The position numbers were made by a program, and so were the translations under genes. Source: Macrostomum hystrix (taxonomy: Eukaryota > Animalia > Platyhelminthes). Taken from it: 64,000 bases of DNA. The stretch is taken from contig CATNEN010000034.1 in the NCBI GenBank assembly GCA_950097015.1, positions 4,712,001 to 4,776,000 on the forward strand, given 5' to 3'. Below, piece by piece: positions 23,569 through 34,741 of this stretch. Positions within the stretch are counted from its first letter, which is position 1, and every line of letters begins with the position of its first letter. The notes beneath the pieces are model-generated. The model made no database searches. It was not told the origin of the DNA and was given only the letters and a program-made list of their open reading frames with translations.

Positions 23569-25500
23569 ATGGAGGACGTCCACAGATCATGAGCACACAG
23601 TGGATGGTTCAGTCCACAGATCATGAGTACACAGTGGATGGTTCAGTCCACAGATCATGAGTACACAGTGGATGGTTCAATCCACAGATCATGAGCACAC
23701 AGTGGATGGTTCAGTCCACAGATCATGAGCACACAGTGGATGGTTCAGTCCACAGATCATGAGCACACAGTGGATGGTTCAATCCACAGATCATGAGCAC
23801 ACAGTGGATGGTTCAGTCCACAGATCATGAGCACACAGTGGATGGTTCAGTCCACAGATCATGAGCACACAGTGGATGGTTCAGTCCACAGATCATGAGC
23901 ACACAGTGGATGGTTCAGTCCACTTGCTTACTAATGACGAGGATGAATACTATAATTTTGATGAAGAGCCTAGTGAGAACTGTGACAACGTTGAAAGCGC
24001 AAGTAGCTCAGATTCAGATACGGACATCGAAATGGAAGATCAGCTGTGGTACCAAGCTGTCGAAGGAACTGACGTCAGACCCTCACTGGTTCCAGAGTTC
24101 GTGGGCACCCCCGGGGTTCGACCGGACTGGGTATCACCACAACCGGCGAATGGCAGAGAGGCAGAATTTTTGCTTCAGTATTTGACCTACGAGATGTTTG
24201 AAAGCATTGCCAGGTGGACAAACGAACGGCCCTGGAGTTTCGCTGAGGGAAAGTCAGTCGATAAGCTGCCAAAGGTGGTTTCTACATGGAAAGATTGTAG
24301 TGTGGATGAGGTGAGAAAGATGTCGTGCTGCTTATGGACGTTAATGACAAGCTAATGACAAGATACAAGTTAATGACAAGAACTAATGAGATTAGTTCTT
24401 ACTGGACGAAAGATCCCGTGTACCACAGCTCTTTTTTGGCTCAGTCGCACGCACTCTCGCGTGATCGTTTTAAGCAGATCCTTTCCTGCCTTCGCTTCTA
24501 CAGTAGCGCCGGTTCTGCTCCCCAGAGCCCAATCGACAATGATCTCTCCGTTCCTTGCTCTTGTGCAGCGTGCTTGTCAAAACAACTACATGCCAGACCA
24601 GCAGCTATCGATCGATGAGACTATGGTTATGTACAAAGGGCGGATACAGTTAACGCAGTACATCCCCTCTAAGAAAAGCAGGTACGGAATCAAGCTGTAT
24701 TGTCTATGTGAGGCCAATTCTGGATACCTGTGGAACTTTGCCGTCCACACGACGCAGCAGGAAATGCCAGATTCGGTGCTGGACTAGACTGCGGAGCACT
24801 GTCTTTTAGCGAGCGAGTCGTCGCCGAGCTCTGACGTGACGTGTTGCACCTCGGCCACGACATCTTCACCGACAGCTGGTTTACGTCGCATCGTGGCTAG
24901 CTTCGTGGCTGCTGGCCCGTGACACCATGCTTACCGGCACCGTGCGCAAAGATCGTGGACCGCCGCCACTGCTGCGAGTCGCTAACCTGCGCCCTACATC
25001 AACAGCATTCGCTAGGTGCGGCAGTGTGTTAGCGTGCAAGTTTGTTGACTCCAAGGCAAAAAGACAGTAAACCTGCTTGACACGGCCGGCACTGCACAGT
25101 GTCATGATGTGGCCCGCGTACGCCCTGGTGGTCAGCAGCAAGTTGTGGCGAAGCCCGTCAGCATCACCATGTATAGTCGTTTTAAGGGTGGGGTGGACCA
25201 CATGGACTCTAGCACGAGTCCCTACATAACGAATCGGAAGTCATCGCGCTTGTTTAACAAGCTGGCCTTCCATATGATTGTTATACTAGTCCACAACGCT
25301 TGGATCGTGTACAACTTTCACGGCGGCAGCATGAACTTCCTGCACTTTTTGCGCAAGGCACTGGACGTTCTGGTTGCGGAGACCGGCGTTGCCAGACGTC
25401 GAGGTAGCCCTCCGGCTGCAGCAGCGGGCCAACTGGCGCAGGTGACGGTCCTCCTGCTGCTGGTGGCGGTCCCAGACATTCGCCCAGCAAGGCGCCCAAG
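23569..25500 (+). pseudogene. piggyBac-like (PGBD4-type) transposase, frameshifted and 3'-truncated
   Basis: YWTKDP...SRDRFKQILSCLRF; LSIDETMVMYKGR...QYIPSKKSRYGIKLYCLCEANSGY; YSRFKGGVDHMD...LVHNAWIVY; several frameshifts and stops; ATG in AAGCCATGG context at 23569; no TTAA-bounded TIRs found. Confidence 0.85.
23584..23923. repeat. Minisatellite, exactly 10 x 34 bp (AGATCATGAGCACACAGTGGATGGTTCAGTCCAC) inside the transposase 5' end
   Basis: 340 bp, bounded by GTCCAC on both sides. Confidence 0.95.
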
Positions 25501-25504
25501 GAAG

Positions 25505-26260
25505 GAGCCCTTAGCCCTGAAAAAGATTTGTTATAAGATAAATAGCGCAAGGAAAGGAAATCTATCGGATATAAAGGCCGAGATAATCTAAGACGACCTG
25601 AACTTAGACGAGCATCTAAGATCGACTCAAATGGAACACAGCAGCTACCCGAGTGGTTTACTGGATATTTCTCGCGGAGATGCGGTAGGTTTTTCGCTAG
25701 AAGAACTCGAGAGGAGGATGAACGCCGAGAAACGTGATACTCGTATCTGCCTGTCCTACATTGAGAACGAGTTAAGTGCATTGTCGATTGATCAACTAGA
25801 AGTTTCAACGGTGGATGAGTACTTCGACACCATTTCGTCTGAAGATGCTCCAATGGACTCGGTCATAATTAACGAGTTAAATGCCAAGGTAGACGACTTG
25901 GAGAAGACGTGCCAAAATGCAATCAGTGTTTCCAAGGAGTGTGCTGCTGTGCAAAAACTTACAGATTTTTTCGCCACTCGAGGAATCAACATCGCTTGGG
26001 AGACATGTCCTATCGAGATTCCGGCTGACCGCTTACGTTAGTTTTTTTGCAAGGACGTTCGTTGCAAGGACGGTGAATTGTATTTTCCATCGACGTTGAT
26101 CGGATACTGAGCTGCTTTGTTACGATATTTCTGACGCGTGCGTGGCATTAAGAGGTTTTACCATAGACATGACATTCTTGAATCGTGTTGGCATCCCAGA
26201 AACGACACAGAGAGGTAGCAAATTTAGAAGGAATTGCCGTTTTCGTCTACTAACCGTCGG
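25505..26260 (+). pseudogene. Probable Crypton-like (tyrosine recombinase, DUF3504/ZMYM-KCTD1-related) remnant
   Basis: One frame broken by stops: ...IPADRLR*FFCKDVRCKDGELYFPSTLIGY*AALLRYF*, resembling the recalled Crypton motif L.xF...VRKxDGxxYxxxSLxxxxAxLxRY; shifted frame GFTID...LLTVGNG; no HMM search run. Confidence 0.5.
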
Positions 26261-26578
26261 GAACGGATGTGGTGTAAAATATTACAATTTTACCATAGAC
26301 ATTTTTTGCCGTCCCGCTCGGATGTTGCCTGAGTGGACGAAAACGGCCATCTGTCTGGCTTAGCACCAACCGTCGATATCGGCTGAAGACCATGTAAAGG
26401 ATAAAAAACGTTTCACGCCATACTACTTCACTGAAACTCTTCAGTCATCAGAGATGCGTTTGTCGTCGTTTTGTACTTTTGATTTCTGAGTTTCAATATT
26501 ATTAGAAACGGCCACATTTGCTAGCTGTCACTAGTTGACCGTACTGTCAATACAGATCATAATAATCAATGGACTGTA

Positions 26579-26875
26579 TGTAACTAAGTGTAACTAAGTC
26601 GTTAATGCGAGGTGCAGAAGGAACGCAAGAAGGTGATTACGAGCTATATTTGCGAGGGGCTGGGCCTCGCGCACTTGTTAAGTTGGGTACAGAACAGTCT
26701 ATGGCTGCTTAAGCAGCGGCATCGGTCAGAACAGTCTATGGCTGCTTAAGCAGCGGCATCGGTCAGAACAGTCTATGGCTGCTTAAGCAGCGGCATCGGT
26801 CAGAACAGTCTATGGCTGCTTAAGCAGCGGCATCGGTCAACTAACAACAAAGATAGTTAAAGTACGAGTACAACA
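26579..26875 (-). repeat. 3' LTR (297 bp; 37-bp unit x4 and 10-bp terminal duplication)
   Basis: Aligns to 30720-30889; 37-bp units at 26690, 26727, 26764 and 26801. Confidence 0.93.
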
Positions 26876-26904
26876 TTTCTCCCTGATCTCAAGATCAAAA
26901 GAAA

Positions 26905-27978
26905 TTAAGCTTCGTAGCGGACTGGTGCCGACCTCTCGCGACTTGACCGCCGGGGTTCGCCGTTCCCGTTCCGCTCAACGGCTCGCTCTACTCCAGGCGG
27001 CTGTGGTTGCGAGCCTGGGGCCGGCCGGATGTCAGCAATGTGACGGGGAAGTCCATCGACCTCCACTGTAGCCCCTTGTCTCTGGCCTGTCACGTGCCCC
27101 CTTGGCCACTCGTCGGTACACCTGACAGCCGGCGGCTTGACGAACACTTCCGTTCCGACCGGCAGGGCAGGGTTTGACTCCGGTGTCTCAGAGGCCTCGG
27201 GGAGAGACAACATGGGCGGTTTCCAGTCGTAAGTGCTGAGCATTCTGTTGGGCACGCTGTACTCCCGGGTACCATCCTTCGGAGCCATGTTGTACCAGAA
27301 TACCATGTCCAGCACGTCCTTGCCGGTTCTGGATGCCATCCGCTTGATCGTCCGATGATTTCGCTCGACTATCCCGTTGCCCGACGGCCGGTAAGCGCAG
27401 CGGAAGAGGAGCTGCACTCCCCATGCTTCGCAGAATTCACGCACCTCGGCAGAGCGGAATGTCGCCGAGTTGTCCAGAAGCAGCTGCCAGGGAGGGCCCC
27501 GCTCTCGGAAGACTTGCACGAGTGTCCCTATGATCAAAGCTGTCCGCTCGTCTGGGAGTTTTCGCCACAGTGCGAATCTACTCGGCCTGCAGTCAACAAT
27601 CGACAGATAGCGGTCGTCCTTAAAGTGGGTCACGTCGCAGGCCAAACGCCACCAGTTTGCGTCCACCTCGAGACTTCCATGGTCCCAATTCACCGGCGCA
27701 GGGTCCACGGATTTGCAACGGATGCAGTTTACCACGACGCGCTCGACCTCTTCGCGTAGTACCTCACGCCCGGCGAGGCACAGTTTGGCCAGGTAGAGCG
27801 TCCTGTCCACGCCGAAGTGATGCTTCTCGTGGCACGCACGGAGATCCGAGTCGATAGGGTGTAGCGCTACTGCACACAAAGGCCGCTGGCGCAGCCACTG
27901 CTGTGGTACTCGCGTCAGCGCATCTGCCTTGTTTAACGAGGATGGCACCGTGCAGTGACACATCCAGCTCCAGGCCAC
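26905..27978 (-). CDS. Gypsy integrase domain
   Basis: HEKHHFG...CIRC zinc-binding motif; ACDVTH, LLDNSATF, NGIVERNHRTIK (DDE). Confidence 0.9.
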   Translation of the reverse strand: MAWSWMCHCTVPSSLNKADALTRVPQQWLRQRPLCAVALHPIDSDLRACHEKHHFGVDRTLYLAKLCLAGREVLREEVERVVVNCIRCKSVDPAPVNWDHGSLEVDANWWRLACDVTHFKDDRYLSIVDCRPSRFALWRKLPDERTALIIGTLVQVFRERGPPWQLLLDNSATFRSAEVREFCEAWGVQLLFRCAYRPSGNGIVERNHRTIKRMASRTGKDVLDMVFWYNMAPKDGTREYSVPNRMLSTYDWKPPMLSLPEASETPESNPALPVGTEVFVKPPAVRCTDEWPRGHVTGQRQGATVEVDGLPRHIADIRPAPGSQPQPPGVERAVERNGNGEPRRSSRERSAPVRYEA

Positions 27979-29931
27979 ATTCTCCTGCCGTGTCCCGGAT
28001 AAAAGCCAGCCGCCTCCTCGCTAGAGCTTCGCCCAGCCGCTTGACCCTGACGGGCTTGTCACCGGCGATCAGTGATCGAATCCAGCCGTACACAGTTGCC
28101 GAGTCGGTCATGATTTGGACTCTCTTTGAACCCCAAGCAATGGCTTGATTGAGATCCTTGATGACCTCTTCGAGTTCGGCTAGGTTTATGTGGGCGGCGT
28201 CGTCCGGCTTGCGAAGCCATGATGCGTGCTCTGCGATGACACCGTTTACTTCTAAACATGCGCCGATTGCGATGCTGCTGGCGTCGCACCAGACGCGGCA
28301 GGCTGAGGCGTCGTCGACTGCCCACACGCCGCTCACTGGATCGCGCTCTTGAACCATTCTGCTGATTTCGCGGGCCATCTGGATCACGGACTCGTTCACA
28401 TTGGCTTCCCAGGCGACTCCCCCGGCGGCGCGCTTAAGGTAGCTGCAGGCGACGCGCGACCATCCGACAACTGGGAAATGTCCCACCAATTGGCCGCACC
28501 AGGAGAATAGCTGGCGCCGAGTCGCAGAATCTGCGAGGTGAGAAAGAACGTTGTCCCGCTTCCAGCAGGCGACCCCGTCTTCGCGTCGGAAGATGCGCAG
28601 ACCCAGTACCCGGCCTCCGATGAGACTTTCAGGCGGTTTCACGTCGAGCCCAAAGCGTGATTGGAGATTCAGAACGCGTTCGTTCGGGACACTGTCATTG
28701 GCCACGATAATGTCGTCTATGTACGAGTCGGTGCCAGCGCGCACGTCCTCCTCCATAGAGAGCACTCTGTTGACTACCGCGGTCATGATTCTCGGAGCCA
28801 CGTTCAGGCCAAAGCCGAGTCTCGTTAGGCAGTAGCGGCGGCCTTTGAACTCCACCACCTCGTAACGCCAGAGCGAGGGCTCAACTCTCAACTGCAGATA
28901 GGCCTTTCGCAGGTCAATGACGCTGGCATTCTCGCCCAGTCGCCTCCATTCGCGAATTTTTGCTCCGCAGACGACGCTATCGGCAGTGTGGCTAGATACG
29001 TGCTGATTCAACTCACGATAGTCCATTACAGGTCTCACCTTCGCTTTGTTGACTTGCACAACCGCCATCAGTGGGATTATACCGTTGCACTCGCCGTCGA
29101 ACGGTACGAGCCAGCCAGACGCAATCCACTCCCTGATCTCGGCCTCGTAATCTTCCGTTGCTTCCGGTGGCACTCTGTTCTGCGCTATTCTGTTAGATAA
29201 GCTTGGAGCTTCTCCGAGCCACTTCCATGCAACCGTCCATTTACCGTCTGCGAACCAAGCAGAGAAGTCCACGTCCTCGATCAGCACGTGGTTATCGCCG
29301 CCTGATGGACTAGAAGCCGACTTAGCTTCACTTAGTAGCGCACGTGGTTTGAGTACCGAGTCTTCGGTCCGCTCGAACCCCGGATGGCGCTCTTGCAATG
29401 CTGAATCACTGTTTGAGCCACCCGCTGCTGAGGCTGAGTCTCTCGCCGGGCCACTCGCCGCCGATGACGAGTCTCTCGCCGGGCCACTCGCCGCCGATGA
29501 CGAGTCTCTCACTGGGCCACTCGCCGCCGATGACGAGTCTCTCGCTGGACCACTCGCCGCTGAGGCCGAGTCTCTCGCCGGGACTGCTCTGGGCCCCGTT
29601 TCCACACCGGATGGGCCTCTCAATGCACCAAAGGAAACGGTGCGGCCGTCACCGCTAACATTGACGCCACCCAATCGCATGATGGCGTCCATACCAAGAA
29701 GCAAGTCGAAACCGGGTAGAATTTCAAGAACGAGACAACTTAGCGATACCCGGCTGCTGCGCACAGTACATCAGCCTCCCATCCGCACTCTGCTGCATCT
29801 CCATTCATCATGGTGACTCTCTCTGTGGTGGGCGTCTTCCGTAGTCCGTAGGTCCTTGGCGACACAATAGACCTGGAGCAACCAGTATCGACCAGGGCCA
29901 CAACAGTAGAACCGTTAACATTAAGACTCAA
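27900..29931 (-). CDS. Gypsy protease, RT and RNase H (frameshift between PR and RT)
   Basis: ALVDTGCSRSIV; VRPVMDYRELN, IDLRKAY, GFGLNVAP, SYIDDII; WCDASS, INLAELE, MTDS. Confidence 0.9.
29425..29590. repeat. In-frame 33-bp tandem repeat (PARDSSSAASG x about 5) in the PR-RT linker
   Basis: Visible in both DNA and translation. Confidence 0.85.
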
Positions 29932-29990
29932 CGACGGTAGGCGCGCAGATCCAGTGGGAAGCCAGTTTGCGCAGAAATTTTGGGCTTCCC

Positions 29991-30689
29991 TTACTCGTTT
30001 TTGGTGGATTTACACGCTGTGGGCAATAAGCGCCCACGTGGCCGGTGTTTCCGCAGACGTAGCAGCTGTCTAGTACGGTTCCCGCGACTCTGGCATTCCC
30101 GGCTGAGATGACCCTCCTTGCCGCACGAGTAGCAGGTGATCTTGTTGCGTCGAACAGCTTTCTCTGCGCCCTTAGCGTTCTCGGCTCCGACGCAGCAGAA
30201 ATCACGATCGATCATGAGGCTTCGCGCCTTTTCAACAATTACGGAGTTCTCCAGTTCTTCCAGTGAGCACGATGCGACTAACTGGTGACTCACTGCGCCG
30301 GGTAGATCGCGAATGAACGCGCACTTTATCCATTCGTCTCCGGGCATCTCGTCGACCAGGCGTGCCAGCCTTGTCAGGTCGGCCAGAAAAACATCCACCG
30401 ACTCCCCAGGACCCAGTCTTCGGGAGACGAACGCGTCAAAGGCCTTGAACTTGTTGAGGCTGAACGCAGAGACCAAGGCTGCTCTGAGCGTCTTGTAGTT
30501 AGTCTTGCTGGCTTCGTCTAGGCCTTGGTAGACGGCAAAGGCACCGCCCGTTAGGAAGAGTGGCAGAAAGGAAGCCAGGTCGGTGATCTTCTGCAGCTTA
30601 GCGACAAGCTCCAGTTTCTGAGCCCACTGCGAGAAATCTTCGTCGCCATCAAATTGCTTGATGATGTCGCTGAACTTTATTGCGCTCAT
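29991..30689 (-). CDS. Gypsy gag with CCHC zinc knuckle
   Basis: FDGDEDFSQWAQKLELVAKLQ; CYSCGKEGHLSREC; second knuckle CYVCGNTGHVGAYC in a shifted frame. Confidence 0.9.
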   Translation of the reverse strand: MSAIKFSDIIKQFDGDEDFSQWAQKLELVAKLQKITDLASFLPLFLTGGAFAVYQGLDEASKTNYKTLRAALVSAFSLNKFKAFDAFVSRRLGPGESVDVFLADLTRLARLVDEMPGDEWIKCAFIRDLPGAVSHQLVASCSLEELENSVIVEKARSLMIDRDFCCVGAENAKGAEKAVRRNKITCYSCGKEGHLSRECQSRGNRTRQLLRLRKHRPRGRLLPTACKSTKNE

Positions 30690-30719
30690 TCTTGCTTTCG
30701 TTTAAAAGCCGCGATAGCT

Positions 30720-30889
30720 TGTAACTAAGTCGTTAATGCGAGATGCAGAAGGGAACGCAAGAAGGTGATTATATTTGCGAGGGGCTGGGCCTCGCGCACT
30801 TGTTAAGTGGGGTACAGAACAGTCTATGGCTGCTTAAGCAGCGGCATCGGTCAACTAACAACAAAGATAATTAAAGTACGAGTACAACA
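30720..30889 (-). repeat. 5' LTR (170 bp)
   Basis: Matches 26589-26875 apart from 3 substitutions, small indels and repeat copy number. Confidence 0.93.
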
Positions 30890-31370
30890 CTGTACCCAGC
30901 CCTTGGAAGCGCTGCGCAATAGCTGCGGATGTGCCCTTTGCTGTAGCTCGTATATCTGCCCCAAATTTGAATGTATACCTTAAATACTTTCCGAGCGACT
31001 TCCTATACAAACATGATAGAAGCACTGTTGCCGCTTTTCTGCTCCCCAACATGGCTTCATGCTCCGGTTGGGTTCGTGAACGCTTTCAAATGTCAGTCGA
31101 GATTGTTTCGGATTTCTTGAGCAATTGTGAGTCACACCTACCTCCCAGTCTATACTAACTATCTTCAATTAATTTTGTAATATTACTCGAACAAACGTAC
31201 AGAACCTGCATATAACATTCGCATTAGTAGGCTGTTTAAAAAAACACTAATGTTTTAAATAATAAAAAGCCTTAAGCACCAAAACAATAGTCACCATTGC
31301 TATAAAAGTGTGCATTGGCTGCTTGACTTCATCAATAATAATCGATTTAGACACTGGGAGATAATTGTCA

Positions 31371-32106
31371 ACTGGGGGAACATTGTCAACTGGGTATCAT
31401 TGTCAACTGGGGGATCATTGTCAACTGGGGGATCATTGTCAACTGGGGGATCATTGTCAACTGGGGGATCATTGTCAACTGGGGGATCATCGTCAACTGG
31501 GTGATCATTGTCAACTGGGGGATCATTGTCAACTGGGTGATCATTGTCAACTGGGGGATCATTGTCAACTGGGGGAAAGTTGTCAACTGGGGGATCATTG
31601 TCAACTGGGGGAAAGTTGTCAACTGGGGGATCATTGTCAACTGGGGGATCATTGTCAACTGGGGGATCATTGTCAATTGGGGGAACATTGTCAACTGGGG
31701 GATCATTGTCAACTGGGGGATCATTGTCAACTGGGGGATCATTGTCAACTGGGGGATCATTGTCAACTGGGGGATCATTGTCAACTGGGGGATCATTGTC
31801 AACTGGGGTATCATTGTCAACTGGGGGATCATTGTCAACTGGGGGATCATCGTCAACTGGGTGATCATTGTCAACTGGGGGATCATTGTCAACTGGGTGA
31901 TCATTGTCAACTGGGGGATCATTGTCAACTGGGGGATCATTGTCAACTGGGGGATCATTGTCAACTGGGGGATCATTGTCAACTGGGGGGATCATTGTCA
32001 ACTGGGGGATCATTGTCAACTGGGGGATCATTGTCAACTGGGGTATCATTGTCAACTGGGTGATCATTGTCAACTGGGGGATCATTGTCAACTGGGTGAT
32101 CATTGT
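31371..32106. repeat. Minisatellite, 19-bp unit GATCATTGTCAACTGGGGG
   Basis: Directly visible tandem array. Confidence 0.95.
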
Positions 32107-32982
32107 AGCTTTGAAAAGCTGAAAATGCAGCTGCTAAAAAGTATATACGAGCTACAAGACGATTTTAAAATATTTCTGCTCCCCGAAGGGGGACAAAACT
32201 TGCTAGTTTACTTGTGCTAAATCCACAACGCCATGGGTATTAAGTGACAAAGTACTAGCTCTGTCGATGTCAATATTTATCATAGTGGAAATGGAAACAG
32301 TTGAGTTGATGAGCAGAAGTTGAATTCGCTGCCAGTTGGGTGAAAGACACCCATTAAATAGATTAGTTTTCGCTGACATGTAATATTTCCATATATATGT
32401 TGTGAACATTGTCGAGTGAAGCCAGACGAGTATGAAATCCATTCTAAAGCAGAGTATTTGTTGAACTCAGAATGCACGCATGGTTGAACTGGATTAGACA
32501 AGTTTGAAATGTTTGCACGTGCCAAGCTATAGCTGCATATCTCACAATTATGCATGCCTATATTGATTCACAATCGCTTTGGTGATGAGTCGCAGAGCTG
32601 CTCCATCGTTGTATATCTCCTTGACAAAACACTTTAACTTGTTAAGAAAATCTGATTCATAGAGGAAATGGAAAATTTGCTGGTTCAAAATAGGAATAAA
32701 AATACTCATGAATTTTAGTCTTTTAGATGTTTAATTTCACATCTCCCAAATTTCACACCCTCCAACTCTGGCAAGGGCAGTGCACTCAAGAAATTGGGAG
32801 ATGTCAAGTTTAGGCTTTGAAAAATACTTAAAAACATAATGTTTGGGAGACTTAGAGGGTAGAAAAGCTAGGGGAGAAGGCGGGTAGGAGGTTAGGAGAG
32901 AAGGGGTAGAATAGGGAGGCTAATCGGAGAGTTAAAATGATATTCCAAGTATTTAAGCATTTCACAGCAGCAACTGCACAGC

Positions 32983-33756
32983 TTAGTCGAACGGTGAGAC
33001 GCACTCGCACAGGACTCCTCTGGCATCATTCGTCAATGCCTGAAGGTCCGACAGTTTCGGCACGTTGTACCAGCGCATGATGATGTCCTGGTTCGGGTTG
33101 TTGTTCGGCTCACCTGGAGACCAAAGACTAGAGTCCACTGGAATGTTGCAGCTGGCCCAAATCCAGCCTCCAGCGGGCTCCGGACTGCTGGGCGGCTGGA
33201 AGCCTCCGAGAAATGTTCCAGTGCTGGACCGGTTGCACAGAGCGTCTACGTGGCTCATCTCAGTCGCATCGATCACATCGGCCATGATCACCAATCCGGC
33301 CTCGCTGTCGCACTTGGCCTTGCTCGGTGACCAGAACTGAATGTCAGGGTACAGTCTGTACTTTGAGCCGCACAAGTCGTCTCCGTATCCAGCGGGACAC
33401 AGAGCGCCTGCTCGAAGTCGTTGGTCGAGACGTCGCACGAACACGCGACCTCTCACGGAGCATGTGCCACACTCGCGCACTCGCTTGCTGCACCGATCGA
33501 ACACGAACAGCCGACAGACACCGACTGAGCCGCCGACTGTCGCCCTGGTGAACGCCTTGCACAGAGGCTCCTGTGTGCAATGAACTGCACACTCTAGCTG
33601 GGAGTCTACTTTTGGAAATGAACGAGTGAATTCCCATCGAATGCACAGAAATGCGTCGATTTCTTTGAAAATGTTGATTACTTCTGCTTCTGTGACTGTA
33701 AAGGTGAGCCAAGCACATGCAGAAATAATGAGCAGCGTGCGCAGTTGAAGATGCAT
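32983..33756 (-). CDS. Secreted PAN/apple-like + C-type lectin domain protein, paralog 4
   Basis: 257-aa intronless ORF, signal-peptide-like MHLQLRTLLIISACAWLTFTVTEA, WSPGEPNN. Confidence 0.87.
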   Translation of the reverse strand: MHLQLRTLLIISACAWLTFTVTEAEVINIFKEIDAFLCIRWEFTRSFPKVDSQLECAVHCTQEPLCKAFTRATVGGSVGVCRLFVFDRCSKRVRECGTCSVRGRVFVRRLDQRLRAGALCPAGYGDDLCGSKYRLYPDIQFWSPSKAKCDSEAGLVIMADVIDATEMSHVDALCNRSSTGTFLGGFQPPSSPEPAGGWIWASCNIPVDSSLWSPGEPNNNPNQDIIMRWYNVPKLSDLQALTNDARGVLCECVSPFD

Positions 33757-34741
33757 TTTTATTTTATTGCATTGGTTGTCATATACTTCACAGGTAAGTT
33801 AGTCTTATCTTTTCCACGAAAAATTCTATGCTGAGAAGACTTATTCTTATTGTATTTAGGGTTTGTAACCAGCCAATCGCAAGCGATATATAAATTTACT
33901 ATAGATGGTAGCTTTTGAAGCCTAGTAAATAAAAAATGAATAATCGTGCATTGGCGAATTCAATGACGTTTTTGTTTGAAAATCTGGTTTGGAATACGTA
34001 AAAATATTTTTTTCGACAGCTTCAATTAAAAATCTTGATCAAACCATGATCAAAAGCATTAGAGTAACCATGAAACTATGTAACTAAAGAATTTAGACAA
34101 TCAACTATGATTAATTATTGTGTAACAAACGGATTAGAGAAACAGAAGTGTTTGTTTAAAATCTGCTTCTAAAACTAGGCATTCTCAGATTTTTCCCGAA
34201 AAGTAAGCACAAAATGAGAAAGTTGTCCTGCTTGAGGTCTATTAAACGCAATATGTTGTAGGTAAACATGCATTGACAGAAGAACTACGGAAGCACTGCA
34301 TTTATGGAACAGGGTACAACGGTATTCATATTTAACGCAAATTACTATCTTAAAAGTTAAAAAAAAAAATTGAAAAATCAAAAATTCAATTGACTTTGAG
34401 TTGTTTAAATTTAGTTCAGATTTATTAACAAATTTTGTTTTAACTAGTTGTTTATTTAAAAAGCGTTTGTTTCATAGAACTCTGAAATTTTATACACGTC
34501 TTAGTACACGGTTTGTCTCATTCATAACACTGCCAGTACTAAATTTGTGTCTTATGTGTTGCATTGAGTGATTAAAGTCCCGCTCATTCAAATTTGGTTC
34601 TTTCAACTAGCGCTGCTTTTTCTTACACAATCCTGGTATATTTCACTTTTAGGTTTTTTTGTCGCAGAATTTTTTCTATTTTTAGATTATAAAGGCAACA
34701 AACTAATTTCCTGCTTGTAGAGAAAAAAGAAAGCTGACAGA

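Larger units (their letters stand above)
26579..30889 (-). mobile_element. Full-length Ty3/gypsy LTR retrotransposon (frameshifted)
   Basis: TG...CA LTRs at both ends; 5-bp TSD CTGTA (26574-26578 and 30890-30894); gag-PR-RT-RNaseH-IN order; purine tract AGGGAGAAA next to the 3' LTR. Confidence 0.95.

Noticed and set aside
23578-23918. The 34-bp array as a GT-AG intron restoring the transposase
   Set aside because: The GT...AG interval is 341 nt, so removing it leaves a 1-nt frameshift
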